A stretch of 64,000 bases of DNA. Source: Elusimicrobiota bacterium. GTDB lineage: Bacteria > Elusimicrobiota > Elusimicrobia > UBA1565. How positions within the stretch are numbered: the stretch's first letter is position 1; each line of letters opens with the position of its first letter. The notes beneath the pieces are model-generated. The model was given only the letters and a program-made list of their open reading frames with translations. It did no database searches and was not told the DNA's origin. The translations under genes were made by a program, and so were the position numbers. Of this stretch, positions 37,649-46,183 are shown in pieces. The stretch is taken from the NCBI GenBank assembly GCA_041660925.1, contig JBAZVI010000002.1:19906-83905 (forward strand). The letters run 5' to 3'.

Positions 37649-37906
37649 GCTGCGTGAGCGCAAGTCTCGAAAGTTGCAAAAGTTGACGTCTGACCCCATC
37701 AGGATCACCTCAGTGAAAGTTCCATATCTCCCCTTCCTGCGAGTTCGCACTATCGGACTCCTCATTGCGTGCGATCGCGGCACTATCAGGGATGGGGTGC
37801 CGCCGAAGGGGCAGGGGAAGGGGGCTCTTTCCTCCCCGCGTACGGTCCTGACGCTATGGGTCGGGGTGTCGGTGAAGAGGGCGATGCGGGGGCGGGAGGT
37901 GGAGGG

Positions 37907-39535
37907 TCAGCGGTACTTGCCGCGGGCGACGGGCATGCGCCGGCCGATGCCGAAGGCCTTTCCGGTGATCTTCACTCCGGGAGCGGCCTGGCGGCGCTTG
38001 TACTCGGTGCGGTCGATGCGGTCGAGCACGTCGAGGACGAGGGCCTTGCGGTGTCCCCGGCGGACGATGGCGTCGAGCGTGCGGCCCTCCTCGACGTAGG
38101 CGCGCATGATGTCGTCGAGGACCTCGTAGTCGGGGAGGTCGTCCTGGTCCTTCTGTCCCGGCTTGAGCTCGGCCGAGGGGGCCTTGCGGATGGAGCTCTC
38201 GGGGATGCGCTCCCCTCCGCGGTTGATGAAGCGCGCGAGCTCGTAGACCGTGGTCTTGGGCACGTCCGAGATGAGGGAGAGCCCCCCCGCCATGTCGCCG
38301 TAGAGCGTGCAGTAGCCCACCGAGCACTCCGACTTGTTCCCCGTCGAGAGCAGCAGCGCCCCGCGCTGGTTGCTCAGCGCCATGAGGAGCATCCCGCGCA
38401 GGCGCGCCTGGACGTTCTGCTCGACGAGCGAGCCCGGCGCGGCGGTCTCTCCGAGCGCCCCGAGCGCGGCCTGGTGGATGGGGTTGATGGGGAGCATCAC
38501 CGTCTCGACGCCGAGGTTGCGCGCGAGGGCGAGCGCGTCGTCGACGCTCCCTTTGCTGGAGTACTTCGAGGGCATGAGGACGCCGAGCACGTTGCCCGGG
38601 CCGAGGGCGTCGGCCGCGAGCGTGCAGACGAGAGCCGAGTCGATGCCGCCGCTCAAACCCACGACGGCGCGGGTGAAGCCGCACTTGCGCGCGTAGTCGC
38701 GCAGGCCGAGCAGCAGGGCTTTGTAGATCTCCTCGGTCTCTCCCTCCGCGCGCAGGGCGATGGCCGGCGCGGCGGCGTCCGGGTCGACGAGGACGAGGTC
38801 CTCCCCGAAGCCGCGGGCGAGCGCGACGAGGCGTCCCTTCGCGTCGAGCGCCATGCTCGCGCCGTCGAAGACGAGCTCGTCGTTGCCGCCGACGAGGTTG
38901 CAGTAGAGGAACGGGAGGCGGTGGCGCCGGGCCTGGCTGCGCAGCATCTTCAGGCGGAAGCCGCGCTTGCCGCGGTAGTAGGGCGAGGCGGAGAGGTTGA
39001 GGAGGAGGTCCGCCTTGGCCCGGGCGAGCGCCGCGACCGGGTCGCGGTCATAGAGCGGCTTCTCCCAGAAGGAGCGGTCGTTCCAGGCGTCCTCGCAGAC
39101 GGTGACGCCGAGGCGGCGGCCTTCGAAGGGGATGGGTTCGTTGCGCGGGGAGGGCTCGAAGTAGCGGCCCTCGTCGAAGACGTCGTAGGTCGGGATGAGG
39201 GTCTTGAAGCGCCGGGCGGCGACCTTCCCGCGGTGCAGGAGGGCGGCGGCGTTGAAGAGGGCCTTGCCGCGGCCGCGGTTGGGCTCGGCGTAGCCTACGA
39301 GCATCGCGGTCCGGCGGGAGGCGCGGGCGAGCTCCCCGAGGGCCTTGAGGTTCGCGCGCACGAAGTCGGGCTGGTAGAGCAGGTCCCCCGAGGGGTAGCC
39401 GGGGATGCACAGCTCGGGGAAGAGCACGAGTCCGGCCCCGCGGCGCTCGGCCTCGGCGTAGGCGTGCAGGATGCGGTCGCGGTTCCCTCGGATGTCTCCG
39501 ACGGTGGTGTCGAGCTGGGCGAGCGCGACCTTCAT
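37907..39535 (-). CDS. nadE: glutamine-dependent NAD+ synthetase (N-terminal CN-hydrolase domain + C-terminal synthetase domain)
   Basis: 542 aa; nitrilase-like N-terminus (MKVALAQLDTTVGDI..., LFPELCIPGYP) and NAD synthetase PP-loop GLSGGIDS. Confidence 0.9.
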   Translation of the reverse strand: MKVALAQLDTTVGDIRGNRDRILHAYAEAERRGAGLVLFPELCIPGYPSGDLLYQPDFVRANLKALGELARASRRTAMLVGYAEPNRGRGKALFNAAALLHRGKVAARRFKTLIPTYDVFDEGRYFEPSPRNEPIPFEGRRLGVTVCEDAWNDRSFWEKPLYDRDPVAALARAKADLLLNLSASPYYRGKRGFRLKMLRSQARRHRLPFLYCNLVGGNDELVFDGASMALDAKGRLVALARGFGEDLVLVDPDAAAPAIALRAEGETEEIYKALLLGLRDYARKCGFTRAVVGLSGGIDSALVCTLAADALGPGNVLGVLMPSKYSSKGSVDDALALARNLGVETVMLPINPIHQAALGALGETAAPGSLVEQNVQARLRGMLLMALSNQRGALLLSTGNKSECSVGYCTLYGDMAGGLSLISDVPKTTVYELARFINRGGERIPESSIRKAPSAELKPGQKDQDDLPDYEVLDDIMRAYVEEGRTLDAIVRRGHRKALVLDVLDRIDRTEYKRRQAAPGVKITGKAFGIGRRMPVARGKYR

Positions 39536-39975
39536 CCGCGCAGTTCGCGGCAGAGGTCGGCGAAGATCCCGCCCGCGCCCATGAAGGCCGACTCGATCTC
39601 GTTCTGGACGGCGACGATGACGGGCGGCTGGACCATCTTCATGACCCGCGCGACGCCCTGCAGGCCCCAGGTGAGCATCTCCTGGGGGTCGATGCCGACG
39701 TCCTGGGCGGCGTCGGCGGTGCGGCGGAGGATGAAGACCGCGGACATCGGCAGCTCGCGCTCGATGAGGAGGATCCCGGCCAGAGAGCCGGCGACGACCT
39801 GGCGCACGATCTCGTCGGGGGCCTGCTTCGCGTCGCGGGTACCCTTGATGGCCGCCACGATGGTGCGTTTGACGAGGTCCGCCGTCTTGTCGGGGGCGTC
39901 CGGGACGCCCTTGAACTGGGAGACGACGATCTCCCGGGAGAGCTTCTCGAAATCGTAGGCGTTTTCAGCGTCCAT
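39532..39975 (-). CDS. hypothetical protein (147 aa)
   Basis: Trimmed from ORF 39532..40533 to ATG at 39973-39975 (MDAENAYDFEKL...); stop overlaps nadE start (ATGA); upstream part of the ORF is antisense to the divergent lipoprotein gene. Confidence 0.55.
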   Translation of the reverse strand: MDAENAYDFEKLSREIVVSQFKGVPDAPDKTADLVKRTIVAAIKGTRDAKQAPDEIVRQVVAGSLAGILLIERELPMSAVFILRRTADAAQDVGIDPQEMLTWGLQGVARVMKMVQPPVIVAVQNEIESAFMGAGGIFADLCRELRG

Positions 39976-40011
39976 CGCCTGTAATATACAAAAAAGTATC
40001 ATGTAGCCATC

Positions 40012-40605
40012 ATGACCGGGTCCCTGCGGCGGCTCCTCCTGCTGGCGGCGGCGCTCCCCGTGCTCGCCTGCGCGAACCCGCCGAACTTCGTGAAGAAGAC
40101 CCCCGTGCTGAGGACGCTCTACCGTCCCCCCTTCAAGCCGTACCTCGACAGCCCGGTCTTCTCCTTCGAGATCCGCCGCTCCTGGACGGGCCCCGAGCCC
40201 GTCGCCGGCGGGACGCGCTATCGCTCGAAGGACGGCGCGTCGACCATCGAGGTGGCCTTCCACGCCGAGAACGCGAAGGGCTGGCGGCCCGTCGCGGAGC
40301 TCCGCCGGGACATGGCCGCCTGGGGCTCGGTCGAGGACACGCACACCGTCGTCCCCGTTCGGGTCTCCACCGCGAGCGCCTACCGCGTCGCCTTCACGAG
40401 CTACGAATACGACCCCGAGTACCTGCTCGGCGCGAGTTCCCGCGTCACCTTCACGGACTTCGTGCTCGTGCCGGACCCCGAAGGGATCATCGTCGCCCGC
40501 CTGCGCGTACCCAAGGGCGACTATGAGCGCCACTTGCGGACCTTCAACGAACTCCTGCGCTCGATGGTCATCCGCACCGTGACGTCGGCCGCCGCCGAGG
40601 AGTGA
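40012..40605 (+). CDS. hypothetical lipoprotein
   Basis: 197 aa; signal peptide ending in a lipobox-like LAC (LLLAAALPVLACANPP); no family recognised. Confidence 0.6.
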   Translation: MTGSLRRLLLLAAALPVLACANPPNFVKKTPVLRTLYRPPFKPYLDSPVFSFEIRRSWTGPEPVAGGTRYRSKDGASTIEVAFHAENAKGWRPVAELRRDMAAWGSVEDTHTVVPVRVSTASAYRVAFTSYEYDPEYLLGASSRVTFTDFVLVPDPEGIIVARLRVPKGDYERHLRTFNELLRSMVIRTVTSAAAEE

Positions 40606-40633
40606 GCGGGGCGTTCCGACGGGCCCCGCTCAC
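40602..40633 (+). terminator. stem-loop overlapping the lipoprotein stop codon (terminator-like, no U-tract)
   Basis: gtgagcggggc-loop-gccccgctcac, 11-bp perfect stem. Confidence 0.4.
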
Positions 40634-40847
40634 TCCCCTCACCCCCGCCCCCTCGCCGGCACCCCGACGCTGATAGTGCCGCAGACCGGACGCTTGCGGA
40701 ACCTGTAGTCCGGTCGCCCGCGTGGCGGTAGAGGGGAGGTAGTTTAACGGCGGGGCGTTCCGACGGGTCCCCGGGGGCCCTTGGGCCCACCTTGCGCAAG
40801 GCCTCCCGACCCTTCATCCCGGGCGCATCGCCGGCTATCCTGAGGAC

Positions 40848-41384
40848 ATGGGCCTCACGCTGTGGCCGCGCACACGGGCGGGCGGGAAGGCGGAGAACCG
40901 CCGCGACCATCGCCACTTCTGCGACTTCAAGCTCTCGCTGCTGGACGGTTCCCGCCGCTCCGTCCCCCGCCCGGCGTTCCTCACCGACATGAGCCGCTCC
41001 GGCCTCGGCCTGCGCACGGACCTCCCCTTCTCCGTGGGCGACAAGCTGGGCGTCCAACTCGCGCTCGCGGGCGGCCGGCGCATCGACGCCTCGTGCACGG
41101 TGCGCTGGACGCGTTCGGAGGGCTTCCTCAACTCCTACGGTCTCGAGTTCGAGGGGCTCGCCCGACGCGACCGGGCAGGCATCGCCTCTCTGCTCGAGCC
41201 GGCGCCCGAAGTCGACCGCGTGGGGCTGTTCCTGCAGGCCGGCGCGAGCATCGTCCTCGTCCTGGTCTTCGCCGACCTCATGGCCGGCAGCGACGCCGTG
41301 CGCTCCTCCGTCGTCGGAGCCCTCCCCTACGTCCTCATCTTCGGCGGCTGCCTCGCCGGGCTCTGGGCCTCTTTCCGGTCGTAA
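40848..41384 (+). CDS. PilZ-domain protein with C-terminal membrane segment
   Basis: 178 aa; PilZ motifs RRDHR (RxxxR) and DMSRSGLGL (DxSxxG); hydrophobic C-terminus. Confidence 0.65.
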   Translation: MGLTLWPRTRAGGKAENRRDHRHFCDFKLSLLDGSRRSVPRPAFLTDMSRSGLGLRTDLPFSVGDKLGVQLALAGGRRIDASCTVRWTRSEGFLNSYGLEFEGLARRDRAGIASLLEPAPEVDRVGLFLQAGASIVLVLVFADLMAGSDAVRSSVVGALPYVLIFGGCLAGLWASFRS

Positions 41385-41488
41385 GAGCGCCCGAAACGTG
41401 ATTGTCGCGTTTGGGACCCATATAGGCCTTTAGTCCCATGTCGTCATGGGCCGTTCGGGGCACGCTATCCCTGACGGGAGGGCGCGCC

Positions 41489-41896
41489 ATGGCGGAAACG
41501 GATCGGCGCCGGCATCACCGATACGACCAGGAAGTCAGCGTACAGCTGCGGGGCCAGAACCCCTGCAGCGTCCTCCATGTCATCGATATCAGCATGGGCG
41601 GCCTGGGGTTCCAGCTCTCCGAGCCCCTGAAGGTCGGACAGAAGATCGCCTTCCGCATGGACCTCCCCGCAGGACCCGTGGACGGAGTCGCGGTCGTCCG
41701 CTGGCTCGCCCCCCACCATCTGGGCTGGCGCTGCGGCGTGGAGCTCCGGGACCCGGGCTACCTCGCCCGGCGGCGCATGCGCCTCTTCCTGGAGCCCTGG
41801 TCCTTCAACGCCCTGCGCGTCTTCGACCGCCTTCTCATCGTGCTCGCGCCGACCATCCTCGCGCTGGCCATCCTCGACTCGGTCTTCAGTCGTTGA
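41489..41896 (+). CDS. PilZ-domain protein with C-terminal membrane segment
   Basis: Trimmed from ORF 41438..41896 to ATG at 41489 (MAETDRRRHHRY...) with GGGAGGG 6 nt upstream; PilZ motifs RRRHHR and DISMGGLGF. Confidence 0.65.
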   Translation: MAETDRRRHHRYDQEVSVQLRGQNPCSVLHVIDISMGGLGFQLSEPLKVGQKIAFRMDLPAGPVDGVAVVRWLAPHHLGWRCGVELRDPGYLARRRMRLFLEPWSFNALRVFDRLLIVLAPTILALAILDSVFSR

Positions 41897-41911
41897 ACCG
41901 CTGACGCAACA

Positions 41912-41948
41912 GGGAAGCCCTTGGCACGAAGGGCTTCCCTCTTTGTCC
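41912..41948 (+). terminator. intrinsic terminator after the second PilZ gene
   Basis: 11-bp perfect stem gggaagccctt/aagggcttccc with 6-nt loop, followed by tctttgtcc. Confidence 0.6.
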
Positions 41949-41965
41949 GGGAGGAGACGACGGGT

Positions 41966-42955
41966 CTAGAAGTTTTCCCTGCAGCGGGGGTCGAGCGCGT
42001 CCATGAGGAACGGCAAAGGGCCCTGCGGGGTGACTCGGAAGCCCCAGCGCTCGTGGCCCCAGAGCGGCTCCTTCGTCGTGTAGGCGAGGACGAAGGGGCT
42101 GCCTCCCCGGGTGGGGTCGTAGGCCACGAACTCGAGCGCGCGGGTCTCCGCCATGAGGACGTTGGGCATCGCGACGCAGCCCCCGAGCATGTCTTTCCCT
42201 TCGAAGAGCCGCATGCAGCGGCGGTAGGTCTGGGAGACCTGCGTGCCCTCGACGAGGAGGAAAGCGTCCTTGAGCCCCTTCACGCGCAGGCGCGAGCCGA
42301 AGTCGATCTTCATCTGCAGGCGCAGAGGGTCGGGGTCGGCCGCGAAGTTCCGGCCCTCGTCGTCGCCCGGCTTCACGGCGAAGGAGCCGGTCTTGAGGTC
42401 CTCCACGTTCGCCTTGCGGATGGCGAAGTCGAGGCGCTGGTAGATGCTCTCGCGGACCTCGTTCTTGAGGGCGTAGAAGTGCGCCTTGGAGAGGTCGAAC
42501 GCCGCGTTCTCCTTGAGGAGGATGGCGACGACGGGGGTCCCGACCGTCGCGAAGGCCTCCCGGCTCTCCCCCTTGAGCCACCAGGCGCGCACGCGGGAGG
42601 GCTTGCGGTCCGTGCACGCGGCTCCCCAGTTGGCGCTCGACTTCGCGGCCGTGAACTCCTCGATGCCCGCGCTGCCGATGACGAGGAGGCGGCTGCCCTT
42701 GGCGATGCGGCCCTTTCCCGCGCTCCGGTCGAGGAGCAGCCAGCGCCCGTCGAACGCGTAGACCGGGAAGATGTTCGAAGAGGAGCGCCGCGGTTCGGCG
42801 GTCTTCGGGTTTCCGGCGACGACGTCCCCCACCGTGTAGAGCGTCCCGTCGACGCCGCGGGCTTGGGGCCGCCCGTCGTCCATCCCGACGTAGCCGGTCT
42901 CGGCGGCGCAGGGCGCGGCGAGGACGGCGAGGAGCGCGAGGAGGCGGAGGATCAT
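41966..42955 (-). CDS. hypothetical secreted protein
   Basis: 329 aa; signal peptide MILRLLALLAVLAAPCAAE; no family recognised. Confidence 0.6.
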   Translation of the reverse strand: MILRLLALLAVLAAPCAAETGYVGMDDGRPQARGVDGTLYTVGDVVAGNPKTAEPRRSSSNIFPVYAFDGRWLLLDRSAGKGRIAKGSRLLVIGSAGIEEFTAAKSSANWGAACTDRKPSRVRAWWLKGESREAFATVGTPVVAILLKENAAFDLSKAHFYALKNEVRESIYQRLDFAIRKANVEDLKTGSFAVKPGDDEGRNFAADPDPLRLQMKIDFGSRLRVKGLKDAFLLVEGTQVSQTYRRCMRLFEGKDMLGGCVAMPNVLMAETRALEFVAYDPTRGGSPFVLAYTTKEPLWGHERWGFRVTPQGPLPFLMDALDPRCRENF

Positions 42956-42987
42956 GACCGGATTCTAACAAACTCCGCGGGAGGACA

Positions 42988-43818
42988 TCACGGCGCCGCG
43001 TCGGGCGGGGCGAAGGCCGTGAGGAAGGCGTCGAAGGCGTCCTTCTCTCCGGAGAAGGCCTCGCGGGGGGCGCGCAGGCGCAGCGCGTAGAAGCCTCCGC
43101 CGCGGATGGGGCGCAGGTGGACGCTCTCGCGCTCCACCTTGCGGGTCGAGCCGTACTGCCACTCGTCGCGGGCCATGATGCGCAGGCGGTACATGCTCGG
43201 CTTCGGGATGTCCGGGACCTGCTCGCCCTCGGCCATCGCCATCAGGATGCCGGTCCCGAAGCAGGTGGAGACTACCTGCCGCTGCACGGGACTCAGGCGG
43301 GAGCGGAACTCCGCGAGGTCCCCCTCGCCGGCCTTGAGGCTCCGGTAGCGGCGCAGGGTGCGCCAGGCGTCGAGCTCGATGCAGCGGTAGAGCCGGTAGG
43401 CGTCGCCGCCTTTGGGGAAGCGGCGGGATTCGAAGAAGCTCAGGCGGGGAGGCGAGGGCGAGGTGCCCAGCGTCTCCGCGTACGGATCGCCCTGCTGGAC
43501 CTGGCGGGTGAAGGTCTCGACGTCGATGCCCTCGTAGAGCTCGAAGGCGCGGCCCCCGATCTTCCGGACGGCGCGGCGCGCGCCGGCGCCGAGGTTGCGC
43601 GCGAAGACGGCGGGGTCGCCGTCGGGGTCCTCCGCCGCGTAGCGCTCGACGATGAGCGCGGCCTCCCCGTCGTGCAGCCGCTTGGAGAAGACGGCGACGA
43701 TCGGCGCGCCGAGCCGGGCGTCGCTGGCCTTGTAGCCTTCGGGCGGCGTCAGGGTGATCGGGGCGGCGGTCGAAAGGAGCGTGGAGGTTGCGAGGACGAC
43801 GGCGGCGAGGGCTTCCAT
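42988..43818 (-). CDS. hypothetical secreted protein
   Basis: Trimmed from ORF 42988..45036 to ATG at 43816-43818 (MEALAAVVLATSTLLSTAAP..., signal-like); no family recognised. Confidence 0.55.
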   Translation of the reverse strand: MEALAAVVLATSTLLSTAAPITLTPPEGYKASDARLGAPIVAVFSKRLHDGEAALIVERYAAEDPDGDPAVFARNLGAGARRAVRKIGGRAFELYEGIDVETFTRQVQQGDPYAETLGTSPSPPRLSFFESRRFPKGGDAYRLYRCIELDAWRTLRRYRSLKAGEGDLAEFRSRLSPVQRQVVSTCFGTGILMAMAEGEQVPDIPKPSMYRLRIMARDEWQYGSTRKVERESVHLRPIRGGGFYALRLRAPREAFSGEKDAFDAFLTAFAPPDAAP

Positions 43819-43844
43819 TGGTGGGGATTCTAGCATACGGCTCG

Positions 43845-45158
43845 TTACTGGCCAGCAGCCAGTAACTCGCCCGTGCGTGCATCGAACACCGCCCAGCCCT
43901 CGCCGGGGGTGACGACGGCCACGCGCAGGCCGTCGGCGCTGTAGACGATGCGCGTGCCGGTGGCCGGGTGGATGAGCCCCTCGCGGGCCCACTCGGCGAA
44001 GCGCCGGCGCAGCCAGGGCTCCCCGTCGTGGAGCACGAACCAGCCGTCGCGCGTGCGCCACCACCAGCGGTCCTGATGGCGCACCATCCGAGGACTTCCG
44101 CTCGTCGGCGTCCACCAGCGCGCGCCCTTGCGGATGAGCCAGGCCCAGCGGCCCTCCCGGCCAGCGCCCCAGGCCGCGCCCGCGTGCAGCCACGCGGCGT
44201 TCTTCCCCGCGTGCCAGTGCGGCTTGCGCGCGCCGCCGTCGGCGGCGCGCCAGGCCGCATAGGCCGGTTCGGCGTCCGGCGGCTCGAGGCGCTCGATGAA
44301 GGCCGGCGGCGGGACGCTCGCGCGTACCGGCGTCCCGTCGGGCAGGGCCGCCGGGGTGAGCGCCCTGAGGTGGGCGAAGCTCGGCGCGGCGAGCTTCCCC
44401 GTCGGCGGGTCGAAGGGGTCCTTCCCCAGCCAGTGCTTGAGGGTCGGCGGCCGGAACTCGAAGGGACGACTCTTCTTCGCAGGCTTCGACGCGGCCTTCT
44501 TCGGGGCGCGCAGGGCCGCGAGCAGGGGCTCCGGCAGCGGCGCCATCCGGCCCTCGAAGTCCGCGCGGGCCTCGACCGCTTCGACTTCGCGCCAATCGTC
44601 GATGTCGGTCCCGTGCGTGGAGCCGCCGTTGCGGCGGTGTCCAGCTCTCTGTCCGCGCACGCGCTCGGAGGAGGCTCCTCCTGAAGCGTGGGAGTCCCCC
44701 CCCGCTTGCGCGGGGGCATCCGCATCGTTGGCGCGCGTCCATTCCCCCGCCCGGGATGCGCGGGCCGACAGGTCCGAGAAGGCCCCCGCGCCCACGGCGT
44801 CGCGCAGAGCTTCTCCTTCGCGCGGACGGGCGGAGTCCGTCGCGCGGGCCCGGGCCGAGCTGTGCTCTGAGAGCCGGGCGAGCGCCCGCTCGAGCCGAGT
44901 CAGGTCCTCGCGGTAGAAGGCTTCCACCCGCTCGGGAGTAGGCGACGACGCCTCCGGACGGGGCGGGTTTGGCACCGCGCCCTTCCTCGGCGGAGCGCCC
45001 GGCAGCAGCGAACGCAGCGCGCTCAATGTCCGGCAATCGCTCAGGAAGGGCGGCAGGTCGTTTTCGGGGAGCAGGAGCAGGGCGAACGAGAGCCCCGCCA
45101 GCAGGCCGCCCAGTCCGGCCGCCGCTTTGCGCCTCCAGGAGACCTCTCCGAAGGGCAT
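43845..45158 (-). CDS. hypothetical membrane-anchored protein with Trp-rich C-terminal domain
   Basis: 437 aa; N-terminal TM helix, long Ala/Arg/Ser-rich low-complexity region, W-rich C-terminal domain; coding status partly uncertain in high-GC DNA. Confidence 0.45.
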   Translation of the reverse strand: MPFGEVSWRRKAAAGLGGLLAGLSFALLLLPENDLPPFLSDCRTLSALRSLLPGAPPRKGAVPNPPRPEASSPTPERVEAFYREDLTRLERALARLSEHSSARARATDSARPREGEALRDAVGAGAFSDLSARASRAGEWTRANDADAPAQAGGDSHASGGASSERVRGQRAGHRRNGGSTHGTDIDDWREVEAVEARADFEGRMAPLPEPLLAALRAPKKAASKPAKKSRPFEFRPPTLKHWLGKDPFDPPTGKLAAPSFAHLRALTPAALPDGTPVRASVPPPAFIERLEPPDAEPAYAAWRAADGGARKPHWHAGKNAAWLHAGAAWGAGREGRWAWLIRKGARWWTPTSGSPRMVRHQDRWWWRTRDGWFVLHDGEPWLRRRFAEWAREGLIHPATGTRIVYSADGLRVAVVTPGEGWAVFDARTGELLAAGQ

Positions 45159-45236
45159 GGCATACTCTTGCTCCGGAGAGGTCCAGGGGGCAGGGCCGCG
45201 CGGGCCTCCCGATACAGGGCCTCCGGGCCTATATTG

Positions 45237-45902
45237 TCAGTGAAGGGGCGGTTTGGGAGGTCCTTCGAGCTTCGTCAGGCGCGCATCGTGGCTTCGGATC
45301 GTCTTCCCGTGCTCGGAGAGGATGTGGTCGTTCATGATGGTCTTCTCGTCGTTGCTCGCCATCCGCTGGAGGGCGACGCGGATGTAGTCCTTGAGCTCCG
45401 CGAAGTCCTTCTTCGTGGTGAACTCCGTGCGCATCGCCTTCAATTCTTTTTGAAGGGAGACGACCATCCCAGCGATGCGGTTGGTGATGGCCTTGTGGCT
45501 TTCCCCATCGGCCCTCAGCCAGCTGACATCGGTCTTCAGCGTGCTGACATCGGCTTTCAGGGTGCTGATGTCGGCTTTCATGGGCGCAAGTTCAGTCTTC
45601 GTCGCCATGTCTGCGATGTCCCGCTTCATGGCGATGCCAAGCTGCTGGATGTCATTCTTGGTCGCGATGGCCAGCGCTTGCAGATCGCGCTTGGACGCGG
45701 TGGAGAGTGCTTGCAGATCGCGCTTGGTCGCGGTGGAGAGTGCTTGCAGATCGCGCTTGGTCGCGGTGGAGAGTGCTTGCAGATCGCGCTTGGTCGCGGT
45801 GGAGAGCGCTTGCAGATCGCGCTTGGACGCGGTGGAGAGTGCTTGCAGATCGCGTTTGGTGGCGGGAGCGTTGAGTTCGGCGCTCTTCATGTCGTCTTCC
45901 AT
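45237..45902 (-). CDS. coiled-coil protein with six 11-residue tandem repeats (TKRDLQALSTA)
   Basis: Trimmed from ORF 45237..45995 to ATG at 45900-45902 (MEDDMKSAELN...) with AAGAGGGGAA upstream; repeats encoded by 33-bp tandem DNA repeats. Confidence 0.6.
   Translation of the reverse strand: MEDDMKSAELNAPATKRDLQALSTASKRDLQALSTATKRDLQALSTATKRDLQALSTATKRDLQALSTASKRDLQALAIATKNDIQQLGIAMKRDIADMATKTELAPMKADISTLKADVSTLKTDVSWLRADGESHKAITNRIAGMVVSLQKELKAMRTEFTTKKDFAELKDYIRVALQRMASNDEKTIMNDHILSEHGKTIRSHDARLTKLEGPPKPPLH
45676..45873. repeat. 33-bp tandem repeat, about six copies, in-frame within a CDS
   Basis: Unit gcttgcagatcgcgcttgg(a/t)cgcggtggagag(t/c) repeated head-to-tail, last copy degenerate. 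Confidence 0.85.
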
Positions 45903-46042
45903 GGTAGCAGTTCCCCTCTTTTCGGATAAGGGCCCAAGGTCCCATACTTGCCCGGGTCTGCCCAAGTTACGATTGAGAGGTGCGAATAGTTCCATTGAGG
46001 GAAGCGCGGCCGGACGGGAGAAGGGATGAAAGCTGATGCTCC

Positions 46043-46183
46043 CTAGCGGGAGCGCGAGCTCTTCAGGTCCAGCTCGAAGGCGATCTTCGAACGATTCTCC
46101 CAGAAATGCGCCATCTTCTGCCTTGCCGACTTGCGGGGACGCGCAGAAGAGGCCGCGGCTTTTCTTGGTCGAGAGGCGGTCAT
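46043..46183 (-). CDS. hypothetical small basic protein (46 aa)
   Basis: ATG overlaps gmd stop (ATGA); Arg/Lys-rich; could equally be non-coding. Confidence 0.2.
   Translation of the reverse strand: MTASRPRKAAASSARPRKSARQKMAHFWENRSKIAFELDLKSSRSR

Noticed and set aside
37100-37900. tRNA, tmRNA, RNase P RNA or SRP RNA in the gene-free island
   Set aside because: No T-loop (GGTTCGANTCC-like), tmRNA 3' end, or RNase P/SRP hallmark sequences were found by eye; cannot exclude without covariance-model search.
45676-45873. Tandem repeats considered as a possible CRISPR array
   Set aside because: Units are directly adjacent with no intervening unique spacers, lie in-frame within a coding sequence, and no cas genes are nearby.
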